A program made the position numbers and the translations under genes. Of a DNA stretch of 64,000 bases, positions 63,673 through 64,000 are shown piece after piece. Each line of letters opens with the position of its first letter. The stretch's first letter is position 1. Source of the DNA: Lingula anatina. Its lineage: Eukaryota > Animalia > Brachiopoda. The notes below the pieces were generated by a model that did not search any database, was not told the DNA's origin, and saw only the letters and a program-made list of their open reading frames with translations. Where the stretch lies: the NCBI GenBank assembly GCA_051362555.1, contig CM120649.1:10726001-10790000 (forward strand), in the 5' to 3' direction.

Positions 63673-64000
63673 AGCATGTATGTAAAAATCTATAGATAAT
63701 GTCAGTAATTCCATCATTATTTGGTTGTTAAAACAGTATATTTCTTACTTAGGGACGAATACTATTCACCTACTAGAGACTTTGACAAAAGTGATTTTTA
63801 CTGAGTTCAGTTACAACAATGGTATGAAGAATAGTCTGTAGCTTTAATTGGCATCCATAACTGTCAGCTAGACCAATGTTTGCCACTGAAGTTAAATGGG
63901 CAATAAAAAAAGTACCAAAACAAGCAGTAAAATGGACTATGCTGAACATATTTTAACATTAATAATAGGGTCAAAGGACTGATCAAATATTCAACCATTT

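Overview
AT-rich eukaryotic (animal) genomic DNA with GT-AG introns and microsatellites; the repeat landscape looks lophotrochozoan or mollusc-like (inference, species not determined). Two intact multi-exon host genes lie on the + strand. One is a 12-exon MGAT5/GnT-V-like glycosyltransferase (10768-20293, about 609 aa) with an unusually short luminal stem. The other is an 8-exon secreted two-VWA-domain matrix protein with an RGD motif (22521-31363, about 461 aa). The first 9 kb is a near-identical 3.45-kb direct duplication. The rest is dominated by transposons: MITEs, Helentron-type HINEs, a palindromic mariner derivative, a tandem tRNA-like array, a Myb/SANT pseudogene, and an intron-containing Ginger-type integrase with a RecQ-like helicase pseudogene nested in its intron. 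A gag+env, pol-less LTR element with an F-type fusion envelope occupies 54168-63672 and carries nested RTEX-like, L2 and piggyBac insertions. No prokaryotic systems or CRISPR arrays were seen. All coordinates and translations were read by eye; no database searches were run.
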